Assembly (NCBI RefSeq): GCF_964204645.1
Contig: NC_134031.1
Location: 16,913,807-16,977,806 of the forward strand
DNA length: 64,000 nt
Source: Tubulanus polymorphus
Taxonomy: Eukaryota > Animalia > Nemertea
Reading direction: 5' to 3'
The notes below the pieces were generated by a model. It saw only the letters and a list, made by a program, of their open reading frames with translations. It ran no database searches and was not told the DNA's origin. Each line of letters begins with the position of its first letter. The first letter of the stretch is position 1. Positions 1-11,056 of this stretch are shown here, in pieces. Both the position numbers and the translations under genes were made by a program.

Positions 1-39
1 CAAAAACGAATTGCAGTGATTACCGATATATACAATGTA

Positions 40-570
40 CACGGTAGAATCCTCTTAATCCGGATCACGATGTAAATCCATATTTGAATTGCATTGCTTA
101 TTGATCTACGGTATAAGTGTAGGTTTAAAAAGTGGAGCGCGAGAGTTTTTGACTCCGGGATCCAGTTCCACAGTTGCGAGTTAGCGTTAAGTCTGAGTTG
201 AAATAAGTTCATTTTCTATAAGTCAGATTCAAATCTGAACTCAAAACCGTGGAGCTGGGTCCGGGATGTCAAATCCCTACAAAACTTTAGGTGTACTGCT
301 TATCCACATAGCGTCTCTCCGCGCAAATATCTGGCCTGATAGACAATCGTAAGCACTAAGTTCAGTAGCTCGGATGTCACTTCTTCCCAGGGATGACTTT
401 GTATTTATTCAATTACTAATTCTTAGTTGTAATTTGGATAAGTCATCAACGTAATGATCGTCCCAACTATGATGACTTAACCGAATTCGACTGTACATAT
501 TGTAATAGTGTAGCCGTCATTTGAATCAGATTCCTGCTTAAAGATACGGATTAAGCGGGTTTTTACCGTG
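40..570. mobile_element. TA-flanked MITE-like non-autonomous DNA element containing nested insertions
   Basis: Imperfect ~27-bp terminal inverted repeats (CACGGTAGAATCCTCTTAATCCGGATC at 40-66; GATACGGATTAAGCGGGTTTTTACCGTG at 543-570), TA on both flanks, no ORF. Confidence 0.6.
155..265. mobile_element. Short hairpin MITE nested in the 40-570 element
   Basis: Inverted ends CCGGGATCCAGTTCCACAG...CCGTGGAGCTGGGTCCGG; similar to 3515-3620. Confidence 0.55.
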
Positions 571-702
571 TACGTACGATGCTTGTTACTCCGATGCCCC
601 GTGTTGTGAATTTCGGTTGCGGAAAAGATTTATTTTTCTACTCCCCGAAAGGCTTCTTACGGTAGTTTGAAGGCGGCAACGAGAATAAATGTATAACCAA
701 TA

Positions 703-727
703 TATATCTATATATATATATATATAT
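703..727. repeat. (TA)n microsatellite
   Basis: Direct reading of the sequence. Confidence 0.8.
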
Positions 728-1483
728 GTATGTATACTTACTAATAGTCTCAACCGTCAATGGAACCAGTTCAGGAAAACGGCTCCATGTTAATTGGCAC
801 ATTTATTTCGTAACAATGTATTTATAAGGTTTGAGTTGATATTTCATGCTTTTGAGATTGAGTTTAGTGGTCGGTGAGCGGCGCGTGTATTTTTTTTTCT
901 TTTCATCGATGATTGTTTTAGTGATTCGTGAAATACAGTATGCAGGGAATACATGTGTATGTAAATATGATAATAATAATTAATTGAATAGAGAGGAGAT
1001 CGTTTCCAAGTGTAAAATAAACTACGTCATCAGAAATGAAATATATATCGTCATTTTCACTAGTTCGTTTCTTCGTTTGTCATATCAGAAGAGAGGGAAG
1101 CCAGTTACGTAGATGGCGGTTGAAATTTTGCTGCCGTCTGATTGTTCATCCATGAGGTAGGCATGCAAAAAAACGAAGATTTAGACGGTGTTACTTTTTG
1201 GCCAAAATTAAAATTCTTTATTTTAGGCTTATAGGCATAGGCATATTATTCTGCGTAATTGGATGATGTGCATGAATAATAGGAGTATCGAGACTAAAAA
1301 ATCCTGTGCCAAGCTCTACCCAAAAAAATAGCCAAAGATTGGTGTTGGATGGCGGTCTATAGTACAGCATGCTTTGAATTTAGAGGTTTTGAATAAATTG
1401 AACAGTTTTCCTCTTGCTAATTAAAGACACCGATTAAAATGATATTTCAAAATTTATTTGAATCATTTATCATTACAAATTGG

Positions 1484-2962
1484 TCAAGTCTGATTTGATT
1501 TTAATTTCGTGGTCTTATTCTTTTTCTGGAATTTCTTGGGTTTCGTGGTAACCACCTCTTCGTCCTAAAAAAAAAAAAACAAATCGGTAATAGATCAAGC
1601 CACATTACCAGATGCATGTCCATACAAAACAGTATTTCTGTTAATGTATACCTCGGATGCTTCTCTTTTGACTGAGTTATTTTTGCTGTTGCCGTTATTT
1701 GCGTGTATCTCCGGTTCGAGGTCTTCGAATTCGAAATCCGAATCGTCCGTAGTATCCATGTCATCATCATCATCACCATCATCATCGCTGCCATCTTCTT
1801 GCTGAAAATCAGCTTCTGAAGAAAACATTAAAATCGAGATGATTTGATGAAGAGAAATGAAGCATATTTGACGTCTATCGAAGTTTGTTAAAACAAGGTT
1901 TGAATTTTAAAATAGATACCTGGATAAAGGTCACTCATATCATCGATGTGATCCTGATTTTTTTCATCACCAGAATCGTTATTTGGTACTTCTTTGTTGG
2001 ATTCAACACCGGGCACGGACTTCGGTGTATTGCCGGTTCTTGGTTTGAATTCAATTCCCTTTTCTTGACATTCTTTCCCTACAAAAATGCAGCAAAACGG
2101 TCAACAGCTAATTCAAGTTAAAAATCTATGCGATTATGTTTCAACTTCTTACATCTGGCAAGCGCCCTTTTATATCGTTTTCCATTGACATGACGTTCTA
2201 AATGCCCTGGTTCTTTATTCAGGTGTCTGAGGGTTAGAGTACAGAATAATTGAGACCTGAAAATTGAATAAATCAAATCAATCAACAAAACTCATGTTCA
2301 ACTGAAGCACACAAGTGGTCATTTTTCCAAGGACCATAACTGATTGGAATGTGTAATAAGTAGAATCCAACCTTGCTTATAATCCTCACTTTCCTTAGTT
2401 AGTTACATAATTGTTAGTGGTAAAATCAGATGGGCTTAAAATAGGGCCTCATCCAATCGTGAAACTTAACCACAGACAGGTTACTAACTACGCTTTCATT
2501 TTCTAAGTTTTTTAAAACCAGAGATTGACACTTACTCACGACCCTTTTTACCACTAGGTACTATATGAGGCTTGTATTTCTCTATTGCTGCTATGGCCGC
2601 GGCCTTCTTGTATTTTCTGCCTTTAACGTACGTTTCAATTGCGGCGACATTGACATTCATTTCGTGTCCTGTGTAGTGACATTTCAACTGTAAATATTCA
2701 ATAATTTCTGTCTAAATCGGTTAGGTTGAAATTGCCCATGTTTCAATATATTTGATTTGAATTTGAGAAGTGTTCATGGCTTTTCACTGTAAACACTGAT
2801 TAATCTAGCACGGATAGAACAACATTTACTTCCCTAAAGCTGGTTTCATCGAGGTCTTTAATTTACCTTTCCATCCGATGTTATCAATTCTAATGAAGGG
2901 TGGTCTTTTAACAGGTTTTTCACGTTTTCGGGCAAATCTTGCATTTTCATGGGCGCGGCCAT
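1484..2962 (-). CDS. SURF2: Surfeit locus protein 2; exons 2962-2867, 2687-2536, 2256-2153, 2078-1920, 1815-1652, 1564-1484
   Basis: GT-AG splicing gives MAAPMKMQDLPENVKNLLKDHPSLELITSDGK-LKCHYTGHEM...YKPHIVPS...SQLFCTLTLRHLNKEPGHLERHVNGKRYKRALARWKECQEKGIEFKP...DDMSDLYP followed by an acidic then basic tail. This matches recalled SURF2 motifs (EHPSL, GHEL, PHIVPS, QLFCKLTLRH, DDSMTDLYP). Confidence 0.93.
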
Positions 2963-3367
2963 CTTGAAATGTTCAAAGTAAACGATGAAGTCGGATTCGG
3001 AATCAGAGCTAATCGGATCACGGGTACCGAATTTTAGTCCGGTTCTCAGTCCGGTCCGGCATCAGTGTCCTTGGCGACAATAAACAATATGGTGGATCTG
3101 TCATTTACTTCCGGGTTTGTGAGTTTTCATAAATTTTGCAAAACTTTTTGTTCCTCTCGCTTCTGATCTTCTTCATCTCCGATTTCAATTCATTGTCACG
3201 TATCACGCCGTCGACCTTTCTGTCTCATCAAATTGATTTCGTTCTTCTTCTCCAGGGTAGAGATAATTTGAGGAGAGAATGAAATAATCATCCGGCAACA
3301 ACTCAACTGAACAACCAGTTTTACTTTTTTTTAGAGTTGATTGAAAAATCAACCAAAATACAAAAAT
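2963..3367. promoter_or_regulatory. Bidirectional promoter region shared by SURF2 and AXDND1
   Basis: The divergent ATGs are about 405 bp apart. Motifs: X-box-like GTGTCCTTGGCGAC (3065-3078), forkhead ATAAACAA (3080-3087), ETS ACTTCCGG (3107-3114), YY1-like AAGATGGCCGC overlapping the SURF2 ATG. Confidence 0.65.
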
Positions 3368-6300
3368 ATGTCAACTGCTGAAGTAAGCGTGCATTATAGC
3401 TCTATACAGAGCTCATCTCAATCTCGGGTCTCACAACCTTCAACTCCTAAATCTAACAGCAGAAGTGCAACCAATTCCGCAACAGGTACTGACGATCTTA
3501 AACATAACAACTGGAATCAGTTCCACAAACCACAGTTGTGAATTAGAGTTGAAATTAGTTTATTTTCAATGAGTTAATCGTCATTCAAATCTTAACTCAC
3601 AACGGTGGAACTTGGAACTCAAGAATTCAAAAAATTACGCAGCGTGGATAACAATCTTTTCTTTTACGTTTCTGAATCTTAGTTGCGTTACCTGCGCTGA
3701 AACAACAAGATTTAGACACGACGAAGCCTTTGCCGACGTCTTTACAAAGTGACTTTATACCTGAAGATGTACTCAAGGCTCTTACTCAACCGACAACTCG
3801 CGGGGAAATTTTGGGACCTCCATCGCGATATAGAAATCTTGCAACTACTAATGTATGTTCGATGATATTAGTTTTTGGTATTATCTACTTTATCAGTCGC
3901 AATGGTTTTATTTTGGATATATAATGTTTGTAGGTTGCATCCAGGAAACCTCCGGCTAATGTATGGAGCCATCCGAAGAGGAGGGAACGCTTTAAACATT
4001 TGACTGAGAATACAGTTTGCATCTGTGGAGCTGGAAAGTAAGAGATTTTAATATCTAGAATCATTGTGCATTGAAATTCAAATCTAGTTGAATCACCTGA
4101 AATGAACTAATTGGACCCTAAACAAGAATTGGACCCTTTAAACATGTAAAATTTGACCAAAAACTATCAATCTTTTCAGGGACATTTCATTCTTGTACGA
4201 TGTACCGCCGAATAAGAACAAACCGATTGAAAAACCTGGCTTGTATGACGCTAGTGCTCAACGAAATGAGGCTCAAAAGGATAAACAATCGAAACCAGTA
4301 TGTACAATTCAGTTCGATAATTAGGTGCAAACTATGTTTTTATAAAGATATACTTATAAGAAAATACGGAATTTATATTCAGTCTCTACAGTTGCCGGAC
4401 ACATTGATACCGGAAGAATATCATATCGTAAAGAATAAAGGAGTAATGGGACTTGAGTTTAATGAAGAGTAAGTAATGCACTATCCGTCAATTTATTCAT
4501 CCTAAATGATTTTCTGGACTTAGTATCTATGATTCCATTACAGAAAGTACGCAATCCAAGCAACTGACCACGAGAAACATCTGGTGGTTTTCCCTTCCAT
4601 GTAAGTTATTTTCTTCAATTCGAACCCACCATGGATTGTCAACAACAAAATCAATACAATGCTAACATTATTCTCTTATGGTCGTGTTTTTATTCTAACC
4701 GACTTCACCAATTATATTCAGTGAAAATAACCTGTTAGAAATATTTTGAATATGCTTGGAAAAATGTTAAATGGTGTGTATTGTTTTTCAGGGTTCCGGT
4801 CAGTCGCAATGAAGTTGTCCAACTGAAGAAAACTATGGAAGAAATGTTGAATAAACTCGATGCGCGAGTTTCCGATGTACTCGTGGAAGGCGAAACACAG
4901 GTATAATCCAGTTAAAATGCCAGTATATTTGGTTCTAGTAGGAGATCTAAGTGTACACGGATTTATTTTATAGATGCACCAACTGCTAGAATTGATAAAA
5001 ATGGAACAAGACATCTACAACGTTGTATTCCATGAAATAATCAGACAGATCAGCGTAGATTGTATCGACAGGGGTGAACTACTCGCAAATTTAAGGAATA
5101 AATATTCTGATCTTCTGAACAGGATTCCGCTGCAAGTTAAAAGGTAAGAGAGCGATTAATTAGATTAGATTGAATCGATTTAAGAAAATCCCATTTTGAA
5201 CACTGGTGCCTGATGTGCAATTTCTATGTTGTAGTTTACACGAAGAAGTGATGGCCCAAAGAGCTTTAGACAGGAGACTAACTGAAGAACTGATGCGTTT
5301 CAAAAACACAATTGGTATTCTTACCAAGTAAGTCAGCTTTCTATTCATTACTAAGCGTAGCGTTTTTTAAGCCTATCTGATGCTGAAGGTGATGTTGTTT
5401 CATTACAGTGAACTGATCAATGTCAAGGAACATGATAGAAAAGTAACAAAAGAATGTCAAATGGCGCAAGAAGATGTAAGTTTGATTTCGAATTACTTAC
5501 TGAGGTCTGTCTGAAGTCATATGAAAACATTCGATGATATTCTCATGTACCGTATTTTTGCAGTTAAGCGCTGCCCTAGAGGAATCGAAACGTAACTCCA
5601 GCCTACTGTCCGAATATCATGAACTTTACGAACTGCAGAGAATGAGATTGGAAAATCAGGTGAATCTTCTGACTGATGAGAAGGAATTGTGGAGCACAGC
5701 AGCTTACTGTCTGGCCTTAAAGGTGAATATTTCAAGGCATAGCTTATATGTAAATTATCATCAGGAACATCCATAGAAAGCTGGATCTTCTCCAAGTTTT
5801 GTTCACTTATTGCATATGGTCTAATGGTTTACTGCTGCCATGAATTTTCAGGTTACAGCTGAGCGAAACTTACAAACTGCTCAAAGACTCCACGTCAGCG
5901 AAAAGGCTTGGCAGAAATTAGGCAATCATTTCGTGATTGTATTGAGCGATCAGGATACCGAAGTGTTAACCCGGTTACAAACACACGTCGACACCTGGCG
6001 CGATCTCATCGAAGGGTTCAATTTCGGCATGAAACAGCGCGATGAAGAAATGAAAGTCTCGCTGCATAAAGTTCGAGATAGCATGTCGGCTCTGCGCGAG
6101 GATTTCGAACAAACTCACATGTTAGTGTTGTATTCGATTGCTTAGATACAGGAAAAACTTTCAATGAATTTTACTTGTGTTGTTGCTAAATAATTGTTTC
6201 TTTCGCAGAGATGAAGATGGTTGTATGCATCATGTACCCGACAATGACAAAGTGACAGAGTATTTCAACACCATCAAACAATGGGAAGAGGTTTGTATCT

Positions 6301-9300
6301 AGAGGGAGGTTTTGTTTCATTTGGTTGGCTGTATTTGTTTTGTGCAGCCGGTTGTATTTCATCAGTTTGAAAAAAAAATGACGAGCTCCTAATCTTTGTA
6401 GTCAATCGGACAAGCGGTCGAACAGTTCGGAGGTGACATAATGTTGACGCAGCAAGAAACTCTCGAAAACATTCGCAAAGAAGTCGAAGGTTGGACCGAT
6501 TGCGGTTTGATCGTGTTTAACAGACATCGAGGAGAAGACGGCTCGCCGTACCCCGACCACGATAATATGATGCACATGAATTCAGAGATCGATGATCTGT
6601 TGACGCAATATCAGATCAGACTCACTGGAGAAAATGGTATTTATCGCATTGACAATTTTTCTAATCGATGATTCAAGATACTTCATACGCAATAAAGTAG
6701 GACATACAAATACCGAAATCATTGCTCATAGAAATTGTTAATAATCGGAGTAAAAACATTTAATGAAATTACAATCAAATGATTGTATCTTTTCTAATTA
6801 AATAATCACGTTCAATCACCGGTAATGCTGAATTCTATATTATAAAGGTGTGGCTCGAGGTATCATTCAATTGCACAACATAATTGAAACATGGGACAAC
6901 AAACTGAACACGATGCTCCACGGCTCCAACCCGTTGCCCGACATGGAATGGATGAGATTTTATCAGCTGATCGAAGAATGGGTCGCCAGCATCAACGAAA
7001 CAGAAACATACATCGGAACAACTCAAAAAGAAGAGGACAGGGAAGCAGAGAAAAAACATAGACAGTAAGTAATGATTAATTCGTTAAATTTACCTGTTTC
7101 ATGTTTTATGTCTGAACATTAAAAAGGACAACCAACTTTACTTCTAATTCTAGGGCTGTGGTTCTGTATATCAGTTTGTCATGAAATATGTTATTCGCGT
7201 TAGTTTCATTTCGTTTGCTTTATGAAAGTTGTCATTAAACATTACAATTTAGGGAACAAGCGAAACTGCAAGGGATTCCCGAGGATGAGGTCTTACCGCT
7301 CGAAACGGATAAACCTAAAAAACGAAGGTATACTGGTTATCACCACTAACTGCTTCTTACCCCCCTACTAAAATTTCAGTTACATCTTATTTCAGGCTTA
7401 CTCATTTATCGTTTATGCTCTATTACGACCCTGTTTATCGCAAGCATATACATTCATATACGCAAATCTACTTATTTTTGTTTCTCCAGTGTAGCTATTA
7501 CACTTATATTTTGCTTTTGATACTAATAATCCATGGTTACTGGTTAATCCATATTTTTTAGTTCTTGTTTCCATTTTAAATTCATGATGGTTTTTGTAAA
7601 ATATCGTTTCATATTTCAATTAATGATTGGTAATATATTTAAGTCATCATAAATCTTCTTTGTCCAGATTGATAATAGTGGATAAGAAGCAACGTTTAAT
7701 GGATGCCGACAGGTATACAAATATTATACAGTGCTCTACAGTCTACGCTTCTTCCATACATATAGCATGACGGTGGTTAGCTGTTCCTCTCCCCTCTCCC
7801 CGCCTGCTGATATTAACTACACGTTTTAAACAAACATATTTTCGATTCGAACTTTTGAAACTCGTTGAATACGTGTAGTTAGTCTCTATTGCGTAGTCAG
7901 TCGTCGCTCATCCAGATGTACGGTGTTGTCGAAGCCTATGTGTTTTATGTTATTTATCTGGAAGCTTTTAGGTTGCCTGCATTATTGAAATGGCATCTTT
8001 CCAAAGATTAATCCTTGCATAATGATTGCAGCGCATTGCTTTCAGATTAGAATTTAAAAATGTAGGTATATGTAGTGTGCTTTGATGGTGGTGAATTGCA
8101 TGGTCTGTTACTATTTTTCAATGTACCATGTTTTTAGTATGTAATCGTTAAAATTGGGTTGCGGTTAACGATAGTATTTATTTTTAGCAGTTCATTTTTT
8201 ACGTCTGCAGAAAAATCTTTTTAACTGTATGTACATATTTGTTCTACGCTGTAATAATATGTGTAATTTCAGTTTTATTGCTCAAAAGGAAGAAAGAATA
8301 CGTTGCTCTTAGATATATCAGATCTTTAATAATTATGTATTCATTTCAGTTCAAGCGCTAGCGTAAAGCCACCTCCTGGCTACGATCGAAGGTACCCATA
8401 CTTAAATCTACTACTACCATCTAGACTCCTGCCTAATATCTAATATCAAATAGAATTTTCAAACGGATTTGGCTTCCTTTCATGAAGCCAGCTTTATAAA
8501 CCTATTTATATCTTGGATCTATCTGGTTGAGGTTTTACAAGTAGAAAATGTAGTTCAGTTGACTTTGAACTATTGTGTGTAATCCTGCCTATTCCTATCA
8601 CTGCATGTTATCATATATAATCTCCTTTCAGGAACTAGTATAGAAACCCTCCCTTCGTAATGCTTACTCTCTGAAATTGGTGTCGTTACTTATTCCGTCC
8701 TTAGAAATATCGCTTCTGCTTTCTACATGTATATATAAGTTATGTTTGAATCATTTTGGGTTTGTCTTAAACATGTGATAAGGTCCCCAAGAATGTTGTA
8801 GTTTTCAATACATCACATGATATCTAATGATCTTGTTTTATTTCAGTGAGATTGAAAGGTTGCCATCATATTTATTTACAAATCACATTTACCTATCGTC
8901 ATTATTCTAATCCGATCATCTACGATACATATCGATAGTTGACTATTTGATTCATTCTATTGGGTTTTGGTTTCAGTGTGGAGTACTTTGACGCCGTGAA
9001 AATTACTCAACGTTGGGTTTCGTCTGCCACTAATGGAATTGATAGTGAAGATGCCAAACTCACTGAACAGGTTCGAATTCTACACTCGGCACTAAAATCT
9101 ATCCTTTCTTGATTCTTCGTCATATTTTTTCTATCTGGTGTTAATTCGTTTTCATACAGGTGTCTAGTTTACATACGGAAATGGTGAAATGGATGGTACA
9201 TATGTTGTTGCACATAGCTCCCGATCGCGAGGAAAATTCCGCCGAGGCTAAGGAGATGGTTTTACTCGGTGCATCGAGCATCACTGAACTGACGAACAAT

Positions 9301-11056
9301 GCTCATACGTTGTTTGAACGATTGGACAATTTTACTCGCTACCTAGCCATGTAAGTTGTTATCAGTTTTCAAATTGGTTATTCCATTGGCTTGTTCTCCT
9401 GACAGTCCCTAGTCTGATATATTCTGTAGGTCGCATTTCCATCCAAATTAGTTTTGAGTCTCAACTTTCATGTGTGCATTAAAACCAAACTATTTGTGCC
9501 AACTCTACAGTTTGCTGCTGTTCCTCACAATAGTCTATGTTTTAAATGTTCATATTTTGAAAATTTTAATTTGAAAAATGTGAAAATTCCACTTTAAACC
9601 AATCGCTTCACTGCATTTCTTTTTAAAAAGTTGCTGTGAAAATGTAGTCCGCGCTGAAATGCAGAGAAAACTTGATTTGCAAGAAGAAAACGCCGATCTC
9701 GAGTTTAAAGATTTACAGAGGACACAAGTAAGTGTTGAGCAACATTACACTCGGTTGAGTTTTTGTGAAAAGATCGTATTTTATGAATATTTTCATTTTC
9801 AGAACGAGTGCGACGAGTGGATCGACACAGCTATGTTACTGTTAAACGAACTCACCGGCGAAGTTATACATTTTAAAAGCAGATCTTCAACGATGATTAA
9901 ATCAGAGGCCGACAGACAAAATACTGATCTATCATCTGTTACAGTTCCGATTGAAAAACCGATCGAATCAGTCGAGGTAAGCCATCGGTTTTAATGAAGA
10001 GTTTGCGTTAGAATTTACTGTTTGACTTGGTACAATTTCTTACAATATTTGCATAGCCGACGGTTGCTGAAGAAGAGGACATTCAGAAAGAAGAAGATCA
10101 CGAAGAAGTAGTCGGCGTTTCGTCGGTGTATGACGGCCCCGAACCTGAAACCTCGAAAACAACTGCTGAAATGGTGAGAATTTCTTCATTTCATTCGGTT
10201 CCGGTGAAAAACTTTTCCAGGAGGTTTAACGGTATATCATCGTTTTTGTATTCTTCGCTCAGGTGTCTGTCCCTATCGAAACGGTCGAAACCGATCCGAC
10301 AGAAGAAACGGATCAAGCTGCAGCTGCGGAAGTTGTCGAAGAGGAAAAGCTCGAAAAAATCGGCCACGATTCGAATACACATTTCGCCGATTTGCAACAA
10401 GATCCGGACGGCGCACCACCCCCGACTGAACACAGAATGAGTTCCGAAGATATCGTTCCTCCCGATACGGAGAAGGCTTACGAAGCATTAGCTACCGTGC
10501 AAACCCTACAAAACCAACTCGTGTAAGTCTTAAGCCTAATGTAACACGACGCAGGGAAATGGGAGACAGAACCTCATGTTTCTGAGTGTTTCCCCGTGTT
10601 GTGTGCGTTTATGAGAAACAAGAAACATGGTTTTGGTAACAATTTTTCCTAGATTTGACATGGTTGTTTCCGTGTTTCCCTGGGTTTTGTGTAAGTCCTT
10701 TGATCAAGAAGTTTTTCTTCAGTCCTTCGATCTATGTTAGTGTAATCTGAATGAGTTCATCATTGATTTATTGATCTATTTCAAATTTCAGGGCTGCCGA
10801 GGAGCGAGCCCAGTTGGCTGAAGACAAAGCGCGCAGTATGGAGAACGAGCTCATTTCGGCGATGGAGAAAATCCGAGCCCTTGAACGGCAAATGTTCGGA
10901 GCAGATCCGCTGAAAATAGACCAAAAATCCGATTCGAAAGACGACGCTAAAGACGATAAACACGACTCGGGGCAGAGGGGTGATAAATCGCGCGGGCCGT
11001 CTCGGACTGGGGCCGGGTCTCGTCAGGCGTCAACTAAACACGTGAAAAAGAAGTAA
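3368..11056 (+). CDS. AXDND1: Axonemal dynein light chain domain-containing protein 1; exons 3368-3485, 3683-3852, 3934-4037, 4180-4297, 4383-4468, 4544-4600, 4792-4900, 4974-5143, 5235-5327, 5409-5475, 5564-5722, 5852-6120, 6209-6290, 6402-6636, 6848-7064, 7253-7327, optional 7668-7712/8350-8391/8847-8858, 8977-9070, 9160-9350, 9631-9727, 9803-9976, 10057-10173, 10263-10522, 10792-11056
   Basis: Phase-consistent GT-AG exons encode [56 protein letters not shown] and [27 protein letters not shown], all matching recalled AXDND1 motifs, followed by long coiled coils. Confidence 0.9.
3515..3620. mobile_element. Hairpin MITE in an AXDND1 intron, same family as 155-265
   Basis: AGTTCCAC...GTGGAACT inverted ends and shared internal GAGTTGAAAT...TTCAAATCT. 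Confidence 0.55.
10532..10700. mobile_element. MITE family E copy in the last AXDND1 intron
   Basis: Shares ACACGACGCAG and GAGAAACAAGAAACATGGTTT blocks with 14211-14385 and 48745-49182. Confidence 0.6.

Noticed and set aside
995-1040. Minus-strand CTGATGA...GAAAC hammerhead-like string
   Set aside because: Stem II pairs poorly and there is no stem I complementarity.
1501-2121. ORF-track entries 1501-1794 and 1885-2121
   Set aside because: Alternative-frame or antisense readings of SURF2 exons.
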